DNA of 40,349 nt, from positions 1 through 40,349 of the forward strand of contig JAPSIJ010000001.1 in NCBI GenBank assembly GCA_031178805.1, written 5' to 3'. Source of the stretch: Cellulomonas sp. (GTDB taxonomy: Bacteria; Actinomycetota; Actinomycetes; Actinomycetales; Cellulomonadaceae). Within the stretch, counting starts at the first letter, position 1, and the number at the start of each line of letters is the position of its first letter. The position numbers and the translations under genes were made by a program. Below the pieces are notes generated by a model that saw only the letters and a list, made by a program, of their open reading frames with translations, ran no database searches and had not been told where the DNA came from. This document shows, piece after piece, positions 9,908-19,770 of the stretch.

Positions 9908-9981
9908 CGGGATGTGGCGCAGGTTGGTAGCGCGTCCGCTTTGGGAGCGGAAGGTCGTCGGTTCGAATCCGTCCATCCCGA
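9908..9981 (+). tRNA. tRNA-Pro(TGG)
   Basis: CGGGATG/CATCCCG acceptor stem, TCCGC-TTTGGGA-GCGGA anticodon arm, TTCGAAT T-loop; TAGACT -10-like hexamer upstream. Confidence 0.96.
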
Positions 9982-10072
9982 CTCCGCACGCTGCCGACGG
10001 CGCACGAGACGCGACGACGGCGCCACCGATCGCGTACGCCCGCGCGGCGTCTCGTGCGCCGTCGCGCGGGGC

Positions 10073-10816
10073 TCACACGGGCCGGTGGGTGCCCAGGCGG
10101 GTGGCCAGCAGGCGGGCGGTGAGCACGCCGGCCACCGCCTGCGCGGCGAGCAGGCCGACCAGCACGAGCAGCTGCACCTGCGCCGCCTGCGCGGGGCTCG
10201 CGCCGCCGAGCAGCAGCCCGACGAACGCCCCCGGCAGGGTGACCAGCCCGGCGGCCCGGGTCTGGTCCACGCCCGGCGCGAGCGCCCGCGCGACGGCCCG
10301 CCGGCCGTGGGCCGCGACCGCCTGCCGCGGGGTCGCGCCGAGTGCCAGCCAGCCCTCGACGACGTCCCACTCGCCGCGGGTGTCGTCCCGCAGCCGCAGG
10401 CCGGTGACGGAGGCGGCCGCCATGGTGCCGCCGATGATCTGCGCGGTGAACGGCAGCAGGGTGGGCGCGCCGAGGGCGAGCGCCCCGCTGGCGACGACCG
10501 GCACCACCGCGGTCACCGTGCCGGCCGCGACGGCGAGCAGCAGCGCGGGGACCGTCGCCCGGCCGAGGCCCACCCGGCGGCCGGCCGTCCACGCCGCGAC
10601 CGCGAGCATCACGACGAGGTAGAGCCAGGCGGCGCCGGGGTGGGCGAACACCCACGCGATCACGACGGCCACGGCGGCGAGCTGCACGGCCGCCCGGCCG
10701 ACGGCGACCACGGCCTCCCGGCGCACGGGCACCCGCGCCACCCCGGTGACGACGAGCACCACGGCGAGCAGCACCGCCAGCGCCACCGCGGTGCGCAGCA
10801 CGGTGGCGGGGGTCAT
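10073..10816 (-). CDS. UPF0014/FetB-like ABC transporter permease
   Basis: RAAVQL, LALGAT, GLVTLPGAFVGLLLGGASP..A..Q motifs; hydrophobic. Confidence 0.8.
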   Translation of the reverse strand: MTPATVLRTAVALAVLLAVVLVVTGVARVPVRREAVVAVGRAAVQLAAVAVVIAWVFAHPGAAWLYLVVMLAVAAWTAGRRVGLGRATVPALLLAVAAGTVTAVVPVVASGALALGAPTLLPFTAQIIGGTMAAASVTGLRLRDDTRGEWDVVEGWLALGATPRQAVAAHGRRAVARALAPGVDQTRAAGLVTLPGAFVGLLLGGASPAQAAQVQLLVLVGLLAAQAVAGVLTARLLATRLGTHRPV

Positions 10817-10865
10817 GCGCCCGCACGCTACCGCCGCGCCGGCGGCGGGGACCTGTGGTGGGATG

Positions 10866-10885
10866 GGTAGACGAGTTCGTCTACC
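10866..10885. promoter_or_regulatory. perfect palindrome, candidate repressor operator
   Basis: GGTAGACGA-GT-TCGTCTACC immediately 5' of the RBS of the DoxX-like gene. Confidence 0.6.
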
Positions 10886-10895
10886 AGGAGGCGTC

Positions 10896-11348
10896 ATGGC
10901 GGAGCAGCGGGAGCACCAGCGGGCGGGACGCGGCGGGGAGGTCGCCCGGCGCGCGGGCCGGATCGGGCTCGGGGCGGTGCTGGCGTTCGCCGGGACGAGC
11001 CACCTGACCTTCGCCCGCGAGGAGTTCCGGGCGCAGGTGCCGCCGTGGGTGCCGCTCGACCAGGACGCCGTGGTGCTCGGGTCCGGGGTGGTGGAGATCG
11101 CGCTGGGCGCGGCGCTGGCGCTCGCGCCCCGGCGGTACCGGCCGGCGGTCGGCTGGACGGCGGCGGCGTTCTTCGTCGCGGTGTTCCCCGGCAACGTCTC
11201 GCAGTACCTGACGCACACGGACGCGTTCGGCCTGGACACCGACGCCAAGCGGCTCGCCCGGCTGCCGTTCCAGGCGGGCCTGGTCGCGTGGTCGCTGTGG
11301 TCCACCGGCGCCTGGCGCGCGTGGCGCCGCGCGCGCCGCGCCCGCTGA
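10896..11348 (+). CDS. DoxX-like membrane protein
   Basis: [31 protein letters not shown] pattern; RBS AGGAGG. Confidence 0.8.
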   Translation: MAEQREHQRAGRGGEVARRAGRIGLGAVLAFAGTSHLTFAREEFRAQVPPWVPLDQDAVVLGSGVVEIALGAALALAPRRYRPAVGWTAAAFFVAVFPGNVSQYLTHTDAFGLDTDAKRLARLPFQAGLVAWSLWSTGAWRAWRRARRAR

Positions 11349-11587
11349 CCGGCCCCGCCGCGCCGCCCGGCGCCCGCCACCGGTCCCGCGCCGTCGCCGG
11401 GCGCACGCTTTGGCGGCGGCGCGCGCCCGTGCCGTACGATCGACGGGCCGGTGCGAGCGATCAGTCATGCCCGCGCGCGCCGGAGCGTGCCGCCCACGGG
11501 GGAGCGGGGAACCGCCTCGTCGGTGCGCCTCAGCTCCCCACGCCGGACCCCCGGCGCACACCGTCCGAGCAGTTGGAGACCACTGAA

Positions 11588-12985
11588 GTGAAGAGCGCCG
11601 TCGAGACCCTGGAGCCCACCAAGGTCAGGCTGACCGTCGAGGTTCCGTACGACGAGCTCAAGCCGAGCATCGATCACGCCTACGCGCACATCGCGGAGCA
11701 GGTGACCATCCCCGGCTTCCGCAAGGGCAAGGTCCCGCCGCGGATCATCGACCAGCGCGTCGGCCGCCCGGCGGTCATGGAGCACGCCGTCAACGAGGGC
11801 CTGTCCGGCTTCTACGCCGAGGCCGTCCGCGAGAACAAGCTGCGCCCGCTGGGCCAGCCCGAGGTCGACGTCACCCAGGTCCCCGGCCTGGTGCCCGGCG
11901 ACACGGACGGCGACCTGGTGTTCACCGCCGAGGTCGAGGTCCGCCCCGAGATCGAGATCCCCGCGCTGGACGGCCTGTCCGTCACGGTCGAGGGCACCGA
12001 GGTCACCGACGAGGACGTGCAGGGCCGCCTGGACGCGCTGCGCGAGCGCTTCGGCACCCTGGTCGGCGTCGACCGCCCGGCCGCCGAGAAGGACTTCGCC
12101 GTCATCGACCTCGTCGCGAAGATCGCGGACGAGGAGGTCGACACGGTGTCCGGCGTCTCCTACCAGATCGGCTCGGGCAACATGCTCGAGGGCCTGGACG
12201 AGGCGCTGACCGGCCTGTCGGCCGGCGAGACCACCACCTTCGAGACCACCCTGGTCGGCGGCGAGCACGCCGGCGAGGTCGCCCAGGTCACGGTCACCGC
12301 GACCTCCGTCAAGGAGCGCGAGCTGCCCGAGGCGGACGACGACTTCGCGCAGATGGCGTCGGAGTTCGACACGGTCGACGAGCTGCTGGCGGACCTGCGC
12401 GAGCAGGCCGGCAAGGTCAAGGGCCAGAACCAGGCCGTGCAGGCGCGCGACCTGCTGCTCGAGCAGCTGCTCGAGCAGGTCGAGATCCCGGTCCCCGCCG
12501 GCGCCGTCGAGGCCGAGGTGCACCGCCACCTCGAGTCCGAGGGCCGCCTGGAGGACGACACGCACCGCGCCGAGGTGACCGAGCAGGCCACCACCGCGCT
12601 GCGCAACCAGATCCTGCTGGACACCCTGGCCGAGAACCTCGAGGTCAAGGTCAACCAGGGCGAGCTGGTGGACTACCTGGTGAGCGCGTCCCGCCAGTAC
12701 GGCATGGACCCGAACACCTTCATCCAGACGATCGACCAGCAGGGCCAGATCCCGGCGATGGTGGCGGAGGTCGCGCGCTCCAAGGCGCTGGCCGTGGCCC
12801 TGCGCCGCGTGGCGGTCGTCGACGGCGCCGGTGCGGCCGTCGACCTGGCCGAGTACATCGGCTCGGACGAGGAGGACGCCGCGCAGTCCGCCCTCGAGGA
12901 CGCGACGGCCGCCGCCGCGGCCGAGGGCGCCGACGCCGAGGTCGAGGAGGCCGCCGAGGCCCCCGAGGCCGACGCCAAGGCCTGA
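11588..12985 (+). CDS. tig: trigger factor
   Basis: [10 protein letters not shown] ribosome-binding signature, FKBP domain, upstream of clpP; RBS GGAG. Confidence 0.97.
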   Translation: MKSAVETLEPTKVRLTVEVPYDELKPSIDHAYAHIAEQVTIPGFRKGKVPPRIIDQRVGRPAVMEHAVNEGLSGFYAEAVRENKLRPLGQPEVDVTQVPGLVPGDTDGDLVFTAEVEVRPEIEIPALDGLSVTVEGTEVTDEDVQGRLDALRERFGTLVGVDRPAAEKDFAVIDLVAKIADEEVDTVSGVSYQIGSGNMLEGLDEALTGLSAGETTTFETTLVGGEHAGEVAQVTVTATSVKERELPEADDDFAQMASEFDTVDELLADLREQAGKVKGQNQAVQARDLLLEQLLEQVEIPVPAGAVEAEVHRHLESEGRLEDDTHRAEVTEQATTALRNQILLDTLAENLEVKVNQGELVDYLVSASRQYGMDPNTFIQTIDQQGQIPAMVAEVARSKALAVALRRVAVVDGAGAAVDLAEYIGSDEEDAAQSALEDATAAAAAEGADAEVEEAAEAPEADAKA

Positions 12986-12991
12986 GCCGCT

Positions 12992-13033
12992 CGACCGAGG
13001 GCCCCGCACCGTCAGGTGCGGGGCCCTCGGTCG
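12992..13033 (+). terminator. intrinsic terminator-like hairpin after tig
   Basis: 19-bp perfect stem CGACCGAGGGCCCCGCACC-GTCA-GGTGCGGGGCCCTCGGTCG; no clear U tract. Confidence 0.75.
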
Positions 13034-13052
13034 TCCCCGGGCCCGGCCCCGA

Positions 13053-13115
13053 CGTGCGCCGACAGCGAAACGGGCGCGGACCGGGACGAACACCGGGCGG
13101 ACCGGGCGTTAGGGT
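13053..13115 (+). promoter_or_regulatory. clpP1P2 promoter with ClgR-type box
   Basis: CGC-CGACA-GCGAA at 13057-13069 fits the actinobacterial ClgR CGC-N5-GCG motif; TAGGGT -10 at 13110-13115. Confidence 0.7.
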
Positions 13116-13149
13116 CCAAGCAAGCAACCAGCCTGACGAGGGAGCCTTC

Positions 13150-13770
13150 GTGAACGACCAGACGCCGGCGATCGCCCGGGCCGAGTCCGGGGGACTCGGT
13201 CTCAACGACTCCATCTACAACCGGCTCCTCAAGGAGCGGATCATCTGGCTGGGGTCGGAGGTCCGGGACGAGAACGCGAACGCCATCTGCGCGCAGATGA
13301 TGCTGCTCGCCGCCGAGGACCCCGACAAGGACATCTTCCTGTACATCAACTCGCCCGGTGGCTCGATCACCGCGGGCATGGCGATCTACGACACCATGCA
13401 GTACATCCAGCCGGACGTCGCCACGGTGGCGATGGGCATGGCGGCGTCGATGGGGCAGTTCCTGCTGTCCTCCGGCGCCAAGGGCAAGCGCTACGCCACG
13501 CCGCACGCCCGCGTGATGATGCACCAGCCGTCCGGCGGCATCGGCGGCACGGCCACCGACGTGCGGATCAACGCCCAGCTGATCCTGCACATGAAGACGG
13601 TGCTCGCCGAGCTGATCGCCGAGCAGACCGGCAAGACGGTCGAGCAGATCACGGCCGACTCGGACCGGGACCGCTGGTTCACCGCGCCCGAGGCGCTCGA
13701 GTACGGGTTCGTCGACAAGGTCGTCACCCACGCCGGCGCCGTCACCGGCGGCGGCGGCACCCAGGGCTGA
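13150..13770 (+). CDS. clpP1: ATP-dependent Clp protease proteolytic subunit 1
   Basis: [15 protein letters not shown] (catalytic Ser), MMHQP, DRDRWF. Confidence 0.96.
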   Translation: MNDQTPAIARAESGGLGLNDSIYNRLLKERIIWLGSEVRDENANAICAQMMLLAAEDPDKDIFLYINSPGGSITAGMAIYDTMQYIQPDVATVAMGMAASMGQFLLSSGAKGKRYATPHARVMMHQPSGGIGGTATDVRINAQLILHMKTVLAELIAEQTGKTVEQITADSDRDRWFTAPEALEYGFVDKVVTHAGAVTGGGGTQG

Positions 13771-13810
13771 CGCCCACCGCCGACAAGCAGACCCCGCAGA
13801 AGGAGAACCC

Positions 13811-14512
13811 GTGAGCACCGAGTCGCAGTTCATCGCCCGTGCCGGGCGCCTGGCGGGCGGCTGGGGCGGCGCGCCCGTCCAGTCCCCGTCGTCCCGCTAC
13901 GTGCTGCCCCAGTTCGAGGAGCGCACCGCCTACGGCTTCAAGCGGCAGGACCCGTACACCAAGCTGTTCGAGGACCGCATCGTGTTCCTCGGCGTGCAGG
14001 TGGACGACGCCTCCGCGGACGACATCATGGCCCAGCTGCTGGTCCTGGAGTCGACCGACCCGGACGGCATCATCACGCTCTACATCAACTCGCCCGGTGG
14101 CTCGTTCACCGCGCTGACCGCGATCTACGACACGATGCAGTACATCAAGCCGCAGATCCAGACGGTGTGCCTCGGCCAGGCGGCCTCCGCCGCGGCCGTG
14201 CTGCTGGCGGCCGGCACGCCGGGCAAGCGCCTCGCGCTGCCGAACGCCCGCGTGCTGATCCACCAGCCCGCGATGGAGGGCGGCGGCTACGCCCAGGCGT
14301 CCGACATCGAGATCCACGCGAACGAGCTCATCCGGATGCGCGAGTGGCTCGAGGCCACCATCTCGCACCACACGGGCCGCCCGCTGGACCAGGTCCGCCA
14401 GGACATCGAGCGCGACAAGATCCTCACCGCCGCGCAGGCGCACGAGTACGGCATCGTCGACCAGGTGCTCGAGAGCCGCAAGGGCGTCGTCGCGACGACC
14501 GTCGAGCCGTGA
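13811..14512 (+). CDS. clpP2: ATP-dependent Clp protease proteolytic subunit 2
   Basis: [38 protein letters not shown]; RBS AAGGAG. Confidence 0.96.
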   Translation: MSTESQFIARAGRLAGGWGGAPVQSPSSRYVLPQFEERTAYGFKRQDPYTKLFEDRIVFLGVQVDDASADDIMAQLLVLESTDPDGIITLYINSPGGSFTALTAIYDTMQYIKPQIQTVCLGQAASAAAVLLAAGTPGKRLALPNARVLIHQPAMEGGGYAQASDIEIHANELIRMREWLEATISHHTGRPLDQVRQDIERDKILTAAQAHEYGIVDQVLESRKGVVATTVEP

Positions 14513-14519
14513 CGCCCCC

Positions 14520-14545
14520 GCCCGCCCCGGTCCGCCGGGGCGGGC
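14520..14545 (+). terminator. GC hairpin after clpP2
   Basis: GCCCGCCCCGG-TCCG-CCGGGGCGGGC, no U tract. Confidence 0.4.
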
Positions 14546-14731
14546 GGCCGGCGGTCGCGGCCCCGGCGGCCGGGTGACGTCACCGCGACACGCCCGGCCC
14601 CGGGGCCGCGCAGGCTGACACCGCGCCCGCCGTGGTGTGGAATGGTCAGATGGGCGCCCCGCAGGGGGCCGCCGGCTGAGAGACTCAGCGACGACGCGAC
14701 CGGGTGGTCGCACCGAGGGAAGGGGACGCAC

Positions 14732-16018
14732 GTGGCTCGCATCGGGGACGGCGCGGACCTTCTCAAGTGCTCGTTCTGCGGGAAGTCGCAGAAGCAGGTC
14801 AAGAAGCTCATCGCGGGTCCGGGTGTCTACATCTGCGACGAGTGCATCGAGCTCTGCAACGAGATCATGGAGGAGGAGCGCGCGGAGGCCACCGAGATCG
14901 GCATGGTGGAGCTGCCCAAGCCGAAGGAGATCTTCGCGTTCCTCGAGCAGTACATCGTCGGCCAGGAGCCCGCCAAGCGGTCGCTCGCGGTCGCCGTCTA
15001 CAACCACTACAAGCGCATCCAGGCGGGCGAGGCCACCCCGACGGTGGGGACGGCCCAGTCCGAGGACGCCGTGGAGATCGCCAAGTCGAACATCCTGCTG
15101 ATCGGCCCCACGGGCTGCGGCAAGACGTACCTGGCGCAGACCCTCGCGCGGATGCTCAACGTCCCGTTCGCCATCGCGGACGCCACGGCCCTCACGGAGG
15201 CGGGCTACGTCGGCGAGGACGTCGAGAACATCCTGCTCAAGCTCATCCAGGCCGCCGACTTCGACGTGAAGAAGGCCGAGACCGGGATCATCTACATCGA
15301 CGAGATCGACAAGATCGCCCGCAAGAGCGAGAACCCGTCGATCACCCGCGACGTGTCCGGCGAGGGCGTGCAGCAGGCGCTGCTGAAGATCCTCGAGGGC
15401 ACGACCGCGTCGGTGCCGCCGCAGGGCGGGCGCAAGCACCCGCACCAGGAGTTCATCCAGATCGACACGACGAACGTGCTGTTCATCGTGGCCGGCGCGT
15501 TCGCCGGGCTGGACGAGATCATCACCTCGCGCGCCGGGCGCCGCGGGATCGGCTTCGGCGCCCCGCTGCACACCGCGGACGACCGCGACGTGTACGGCGA
15601 CGTCATGCCGGAGGACCTGCTGAAGTTCGGGCTGATCCCGGAGTTCATCGGCCGCGTGCCGGTGATCACGACGGTGTCGCCGCTGGACCGCTCGGCGCTG
15701 GTGCGGATCCTCACCGAGCCGCGCAACGCCCTGGTGAAGCAGTACCAGCGGATGTTCGAGATCGACGGCGTCGAGCTCGAGTTCACCGAGGACGCCGTCG
15801 AGGCGATCGCGGAGCAGGCGCTGCTGCGCGGCACCGGCGCCCGCGGCCTGCGCGCCATCATGGAGGAGGTCCTCCAGCAGGTGATGTTCGAGGTGCCGAG
15901 CCGCGACGACGTCGAGCGCGTGGTCGTCAACCGCGGGGTCGTGCTGGAGAACGTCAACCCGACGCTCGTCCCGCGGCAGGCTCCCGCCAAGCGGACGCCC
16001 CGCGAGAAGAGCGCCTGA
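14732..16018 (+). CDS. clpX: ATP-dependent Clp protease ATP-binding subunit
   Basis: CSFCGK Zn finger, GPTGCGKT Walker A, IDEIDK, RKH and IGF loops. Confidence 0.98.
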   Translation: MARIGDGADLLKCSFCGKSQKQVKKLIAGPGVYICDECIELCNEIMEEERAEATEIGMVELPKPKEIFAFLEQYIVGQEPAKRSLAVAVYNHYKRIQAGEATPTVGTAQSEDAVEIAKSNILLIGPTGCGKTYLAQTLARMLNVPFAIADATALTEAGYVGEDVENILLKLIQAADFDVKKAETGIIYIDEIDKIARKSENPSITRDVSGEGVQQALLKILEGTTASVPPQGGRKHPHQEFIQIDTTNVLFIVAGAFAGLDEIITSRAGRRGIGFGAPLHTADDRDVYGDVMPEDLLKFGLIPEFIGRVPVITTVSPLDRSALVRILTEPRNALVKQYQRMFEIDGVELEFTEDAVEAIAEQALLRGTGARGLRAIMEEVLQQVMFEVPSRDDVERVVVNRGVVLENVNPTLVPRQAPAKRTPREKSA

Positions 16019-16037
16019 GGGCCCCTACGATCGCAGG

Positions 16038-16379
16038 GTGACTGCACCGGCTCCCGTCCCCCCGCCCGAGCTCGCCCGCCTGCGCGGCAGCATCGACAAC
16101 ATCGACGCCGCGCTCGTGCACCTGCTCGCCGAGCGGTTCAAGGCGACCCAGCAGGTCGGCGTGCTGAAGGCGCGGCTGGGCCTGCCGGCGTCGGACCCGG
16201 GCCGGGAGGCCCAGCAGGTCGCCCGGCTGCGGGACCTGGCGCACCAGGCGGACCTGGACCCGGTGTTCGCGGAGAAGTTCCTCGCGTTCATCGTGGAGGA
16301 GGTCATCCGGCACCACGAGGCGATCGCCGCGGGCCCGGACGGCCAGGGCGCCCAGGACGGCGGCGCGGCGACCGCCTGA
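16038..16379 (+). CDS. chorismate mutase (AroQ type II)
   Basis: [30 protein letters not shown] motifs. Confidence 0.9.
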   Translation: MTAPAPVPPPELARLRGSIDNIDAALVHLLAERFKATQQVGVLKARLGLPASDPGREAQQVARLRDLAHQADLDPVFAEKFLAFIVEEVIRHHEAIAAGPDGQGAQDGGAATA

Positions 16380-16518
16380 TCGCCGCCGACCGGGCTCCCG
16401 GAGTGGCGCGACGCCCGGGCCTGGCGCAGGGTGGGAGAGGTCAGGACCGGTCGGCCGGTGCGGCCCGGCAGGCGCTCCGCCGGCACGACCGACCCACCCG
16501 ATCTCCGGAGGTCGCCCT

Positions 16519-17721
16519 GTGGAACTGCACTGGCTCAAGCCCCTGCTCGGCCGTCCCGCCCCGTTCGTGACGGTCCACCTCGACGCCACCCGCGCCGACG
16601 CGTCCGGTGACGAGGAGGTGGCGGGCCGCTGGCGGTCCCTGCGGCGGGAGCTCGAGGGCTCCGGCGCCTCGGCGGCCGTCCTGGACGACCTCGAGGAGCG
16701 CGTCACCCGCCCCACCGGCGTCGCGGGCCCGCACGGCCGCGTGCTCGTCGCCGACGCCGAGGGCGTGGTGATCGACCGGGTGCTGAAGGAGCCGCCGGCG
16801 CAGTCCACCGCGGTGCTCGACGACGTCCCGATGCTGCTGCCCGCCGTCCGGGTCGCCGACCAGGCCACCCGCTACCTGCTGGTCGAGGTCGACCGGCAGG
16901 GCGCGGACCTCACCTGGTCGGACGGCTCCGGGCTGCGGACCGTGGAGAAGGAGTCCGTCGAGGGCGACCACGACGAGCTCCGCAAGGTCAAGGAGACCGG
17001 GGACGGCTGGCGCAGCCGCCGCGTGCAGATGCGCGCCGAGGACTCCTGGGAGCGCAACGCCGAGACCGTCGCCGCCGAGCTGGACCGGCAGGTCATCGAG
17101 CGGCACCCCGAGATCGTCCTGGTCACCGGGGACGTCCGCGCCGTGTCGCTGCTGTGCCACGCGGTCGGCAGCCGGACGAAGGACCTGGTCGTCGAGGTGC
17201 AGGGCGGCTCCCGAGCGGACGGCGTGAACCAGGAGGTGTTCCAGCAGCGGGTCGCCGAGGCGCTCGAGGAGTTCCGCCAGCGCCGCCGCGAGGACGCCCT
17301 CGAGCGCTACCGCTCCGAGCTGGGCCGCGGGGGAGCGGCGGTGACCTCGGTGGACGACGTGGTGACCGTGCTGCAGCGCGGCCAGGTCCGCGAGCTGATC
17401 CTGCACGAGGACGTCACGCTGCCGGGCTCGCCGCTGGCCGAGCGCCGGCTGTGGGTCGGCCCCGAGCCGCTGCACATCGCGACGTCCCGGGCGGACCTGG
17501 AGGGCATCGGCGTGACCGAGGGCGCCCGGGAGATGCCGGCCGACGTGGCGCTGATGCGCGCCGCGCTCGGCCAGGACGCCGGCCTGACGCTGGCGCCCGA
17601 CGGCCAGGTCGAGGTCGTCGACGGCATCGGCGCGGTGCTCCGGTGGAACGACGGCTCCACGCCCAGCGAGGCGGTGCCCACCCAGTCCGGCGACCAGAAC
17701 CGCCTGCACGACGTGGTCTGA
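16519..17721 (+). CDS. bacterial archaeo-eukaryotic release factor family protein (baeRF2-like)
   Basis: PF.TV.LD, RW..LRREL, VDRQGAD, DE.RKV..G.GW..RR.Q.RAEDSWERNA, GDVRA, G.GAVLRW pattern; RBS GGAGG. Confidence 0.72.
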   Translation: MELHWLKPLLGRPAPFVTVHLDATRADASGDEEVAGRWRSLRRELEGSGASAAVLDDLEERVTRPTGVAGPHGRVLVADAEGVVIDRVLKEPPAQSTAVLDDVPMLLPAVRVADQATRYLLVEVDRQGADLTWSDGSGLRTVEKESVEGDHDELRKVKETGDGWRSRRVQMRAEDSWERNAETVAAELDRQVIERHPEIVLVTGDVRAVSLLCHAVGSRTKDLVVEVQGGSRADGVNQEVFQQRVAEALEEFRQRRREDALERYRSELGRGGAAVTSVDDVVTVLQRGQVRELILHEDVTLPGSPLAERRLWVGPEPLHIATSRADLEGIGVTEGAREMPADVALMRAALGQDAGLTLAPDGQVEVVDGIGAVLRWNDGSTPSEAVPTQSGDQNRLHDVV

Positions 17722-17742
17722 CGCCCGGCACCCGGCACGCCG

Positions 17743-17787
17743 CGAGCCCGGCGGTCGCCCCCCGCGAGGGGGCGTCCGCCGGGCTCG
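17743..17787. terminator. bidirectional terminator-like hairpin between convergent genes
   Basis: CGAGCCCGGCGG-T-CGCCCCC-CGCGA-GGGGGCG-T-CCGCCGGGCTCG. Confidence 0.65.
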
Positions 17788-17823
17788 TCGCAATCCCGGT
17801 GCGGGTCCGGCCCGCGGGAGGCG

Positions 17824-19638
17824 TCAGTGCGCGCGGGTGTCCACGTACAGCTCCTCGACGTCCGCCGCGAAGTCCTTCAGCACCAGCGCGCGCTTCACCT
17901 TCAGCGAGGGGGTGAGGTAGCCGTTCGCCTCGGTGAAGTCGCCGTCCAGCACCCGCACCTTGCGGATCGACTCGGCGCGGGACACCGCCTCGTTCGCGCG
18001 GGCGGCGGCGCGGTCCAGCGCGGCGAGCACCTCGGGGTGGGTCGCGGCGGCACGGGCGTCCATCGGGGGCAGGCCGTGCATGGCGAGCCAGCCGGGCAGC
18101 ATGTCGGCGTCCAGGGTGACCAGCGCGCCGATGAACGGGCGGCCGTCGCCCACCACGACCACCTGGCTGACCAGCGGGTGGCCGCGGAACCGGTCCTCCA
18201 GCACCGCCGGGGCGACGTTCTTGCCGCCGGCGGTGACGATCAGCTCCTTCGCGCGGCCGGTGAGCCGCAGGTAGCCGTCGTCGTCCAGCGTGCCGATGTC
18301 GCCGGTGGCGAACCAGCCGTCGGCGTCCAGCACCTCGGCGGTCGCGGCGGCGTCGTCGTGGTACCCGCGGAACACGTGCGGGCCCTTGGCGAACACGTTG
18401 CCCTCGTCGTCCACCCGCAGCGAGGTGCCGGGGTAGGCGGGGCCGACGGTGCCGATCTTGGTCAGGCCCGGGCGGTTCACCGCGGAGGGGGCGGTGGTCT
18501 CGGTCAGGCCGTAGCCCTCGAGCACCACCAGGCCGAGCCCGCGGAAGTAGTGGCCGAGCCGCTCGCCCAGGGGAGCGCCGCCGGAGATCGCGTACCGCAG
18601 GCTGCCGCCCATCGCGTCCCGCAGCTTGCGCAGCACCAGCGTGGTCGCCAGGGCGTGCGCCGCCTTGAGCTGCGCGGACGGGCCGGCCTCGGTGTCCAGG
18701 GCGCGCGAGTAGGTGATCGACACCTTCGCGGCCCAGCGGAACAGCCTGAGCTTCGCGCCGTGGCCGGCCTTCTGCTCCGCGGAGTTGTAGACCTTCTCGA
18801 ACACCCGCGGCACGGCCAGGATGTACGTCGGCCGGTACGACGCGAAGTCGGCCAGCAGGTTCCGGGTGTCCGGGGTGTGGCCGAGCGGGGAGCCCGCCTC
18901 GATCGCGACCATCTGGATGAACCGCGCGAACACGTGGGCGAGCGGCATGAACAGCAGCGTCCGGGAGCCCGGGGTCGCGCACACGTCGTGCAGCGCCGCG
19001 ACGCCGTTGCGCGCGTTGTCCACGAAGTTGCCGTGGCTGAGCTCGACGCCCTTCGGCCGGCCCGTGGTGCCGGAGGTGTAGATGATCGTCGCGAGGTCGT
19101 CGGCCGTGGCCAGCGCGCGGCGGCGCTCGATCTCGCCGTCCGCGACGCCCGCGCCGTCGGCGACCAGGCCCGCGAGCCCGCCCTCGTCGATGACCACCAC
19201 GTCGCGCACCGCCGGGACGGCCTCCCGCACGTGGGCGACGACCGCGGCGTGCGCGGCGGTCTCCACGACGACGAGCGAGGCGCCGGAGCTCGACAGGATC
19301 CACTCCACCTGCTCGGCGGAGGACGTCTCGTAGACCGGCACGCCGACGCCGCCGGCGAACCAGATCGCGAAGTCGGTCAGCGTCCACTCGTACCGGGTCC
19401 GCGACATGATCGCGACGCGGTCCCCGGGCTGGACGCCCCGGGCGGCGAGGCCCTTGGCGAGCGCGGTGACCTCGCGGACGAACTCCGCGGCGGTGACCGG
19501 CGTCCAGGTGCCGCCGAGGCCGGTGGACCGCTCGATCAGCACGCTGGACGCGCCGCGGGCGAGGCGGGCGAGCAGCAGGCCCGGCACGTTCAGCGCGGGG
19601 TCGTGCGGGACGGGGGTCTCGGCGCTGAACTCGCGCAT
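17824..19638 (-). CDS. long-chain fatty acid-CoA ligase (FadD15-like AMP-dependent synthetase)
   Basis: IYTSGTTGRPKG, EGYGLTET, TGDIG, GRAKELIVTAGGKNVAP, TPSLKVKR; RBS AGGAG. Confidence 0.92.
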   Translation of the reverse strand: MREFSAETPVPHDPALNVPGLLLARLARGASSVLIERSTGLGGTWTPVTAAEFVREVTALAKGLAARGVQPGDRVAIMSRTRYEWTLTDFAIWFAGGVGVPVYETSSAEQVEWILSSSGASLVVVETAAHAAVVAHVREAVPAVRDVVVIDEGGLAGLVADGAGVADGEIERRRALATADDLATIIYTSGTTGRPKGVELSHGNFVDNARNGVAALHDVCATPGSRTLLFMPLAHVFARFIQMVAIEAGSPLGHTPDTRNLLADFASYRPTYILAVPRVFEKVYNSAEQKAGHGAKLRLFRWAAKVSITYSRALDTEAGPSAQLKAAHALATTLVLRKLRDAMGGSLRYAISGGAPLGERLGHYFRGLGLVVLEGYGLTETTAPSAVNRPGLTKIGTVGPAYPGTSLRVDDEGNVFAKGPHVFRGYHDDAAATAEVLDADGWFATGDIGTLDDDGYLRLTGRAKELIVTAGGKNVAPAVLEDRFRGHPLVSQVVVVGDGRPFIGALVTLDADMLPGWLAMHGLPPMDARAAATHPEVLAALDRAAARANEAVSRAESIRKVRVLDGDFTEANGYLTPSLKVKRALVLKDFAADVEELYVDTRAH

Positions 19639-19770
19639 CGGTGCTCCTGGTCGGGCGGGTGCGGACCACGGCCGTACCCGGGACCGCCCCAGACGAGCGG
19701 CGACGGCCGTGGCGGCCATGCTAGCGGCCGGCCGCGCGGGGCCGGGCCGGGCGCCGGGTCGGGCGCCGGG

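Noticed and set aside
14573-14584. Palindrome GGTGACGTCACC upstream of clpX
   Set aside because: Single 12-bp palindrome with no regulator match I can support; may be chance
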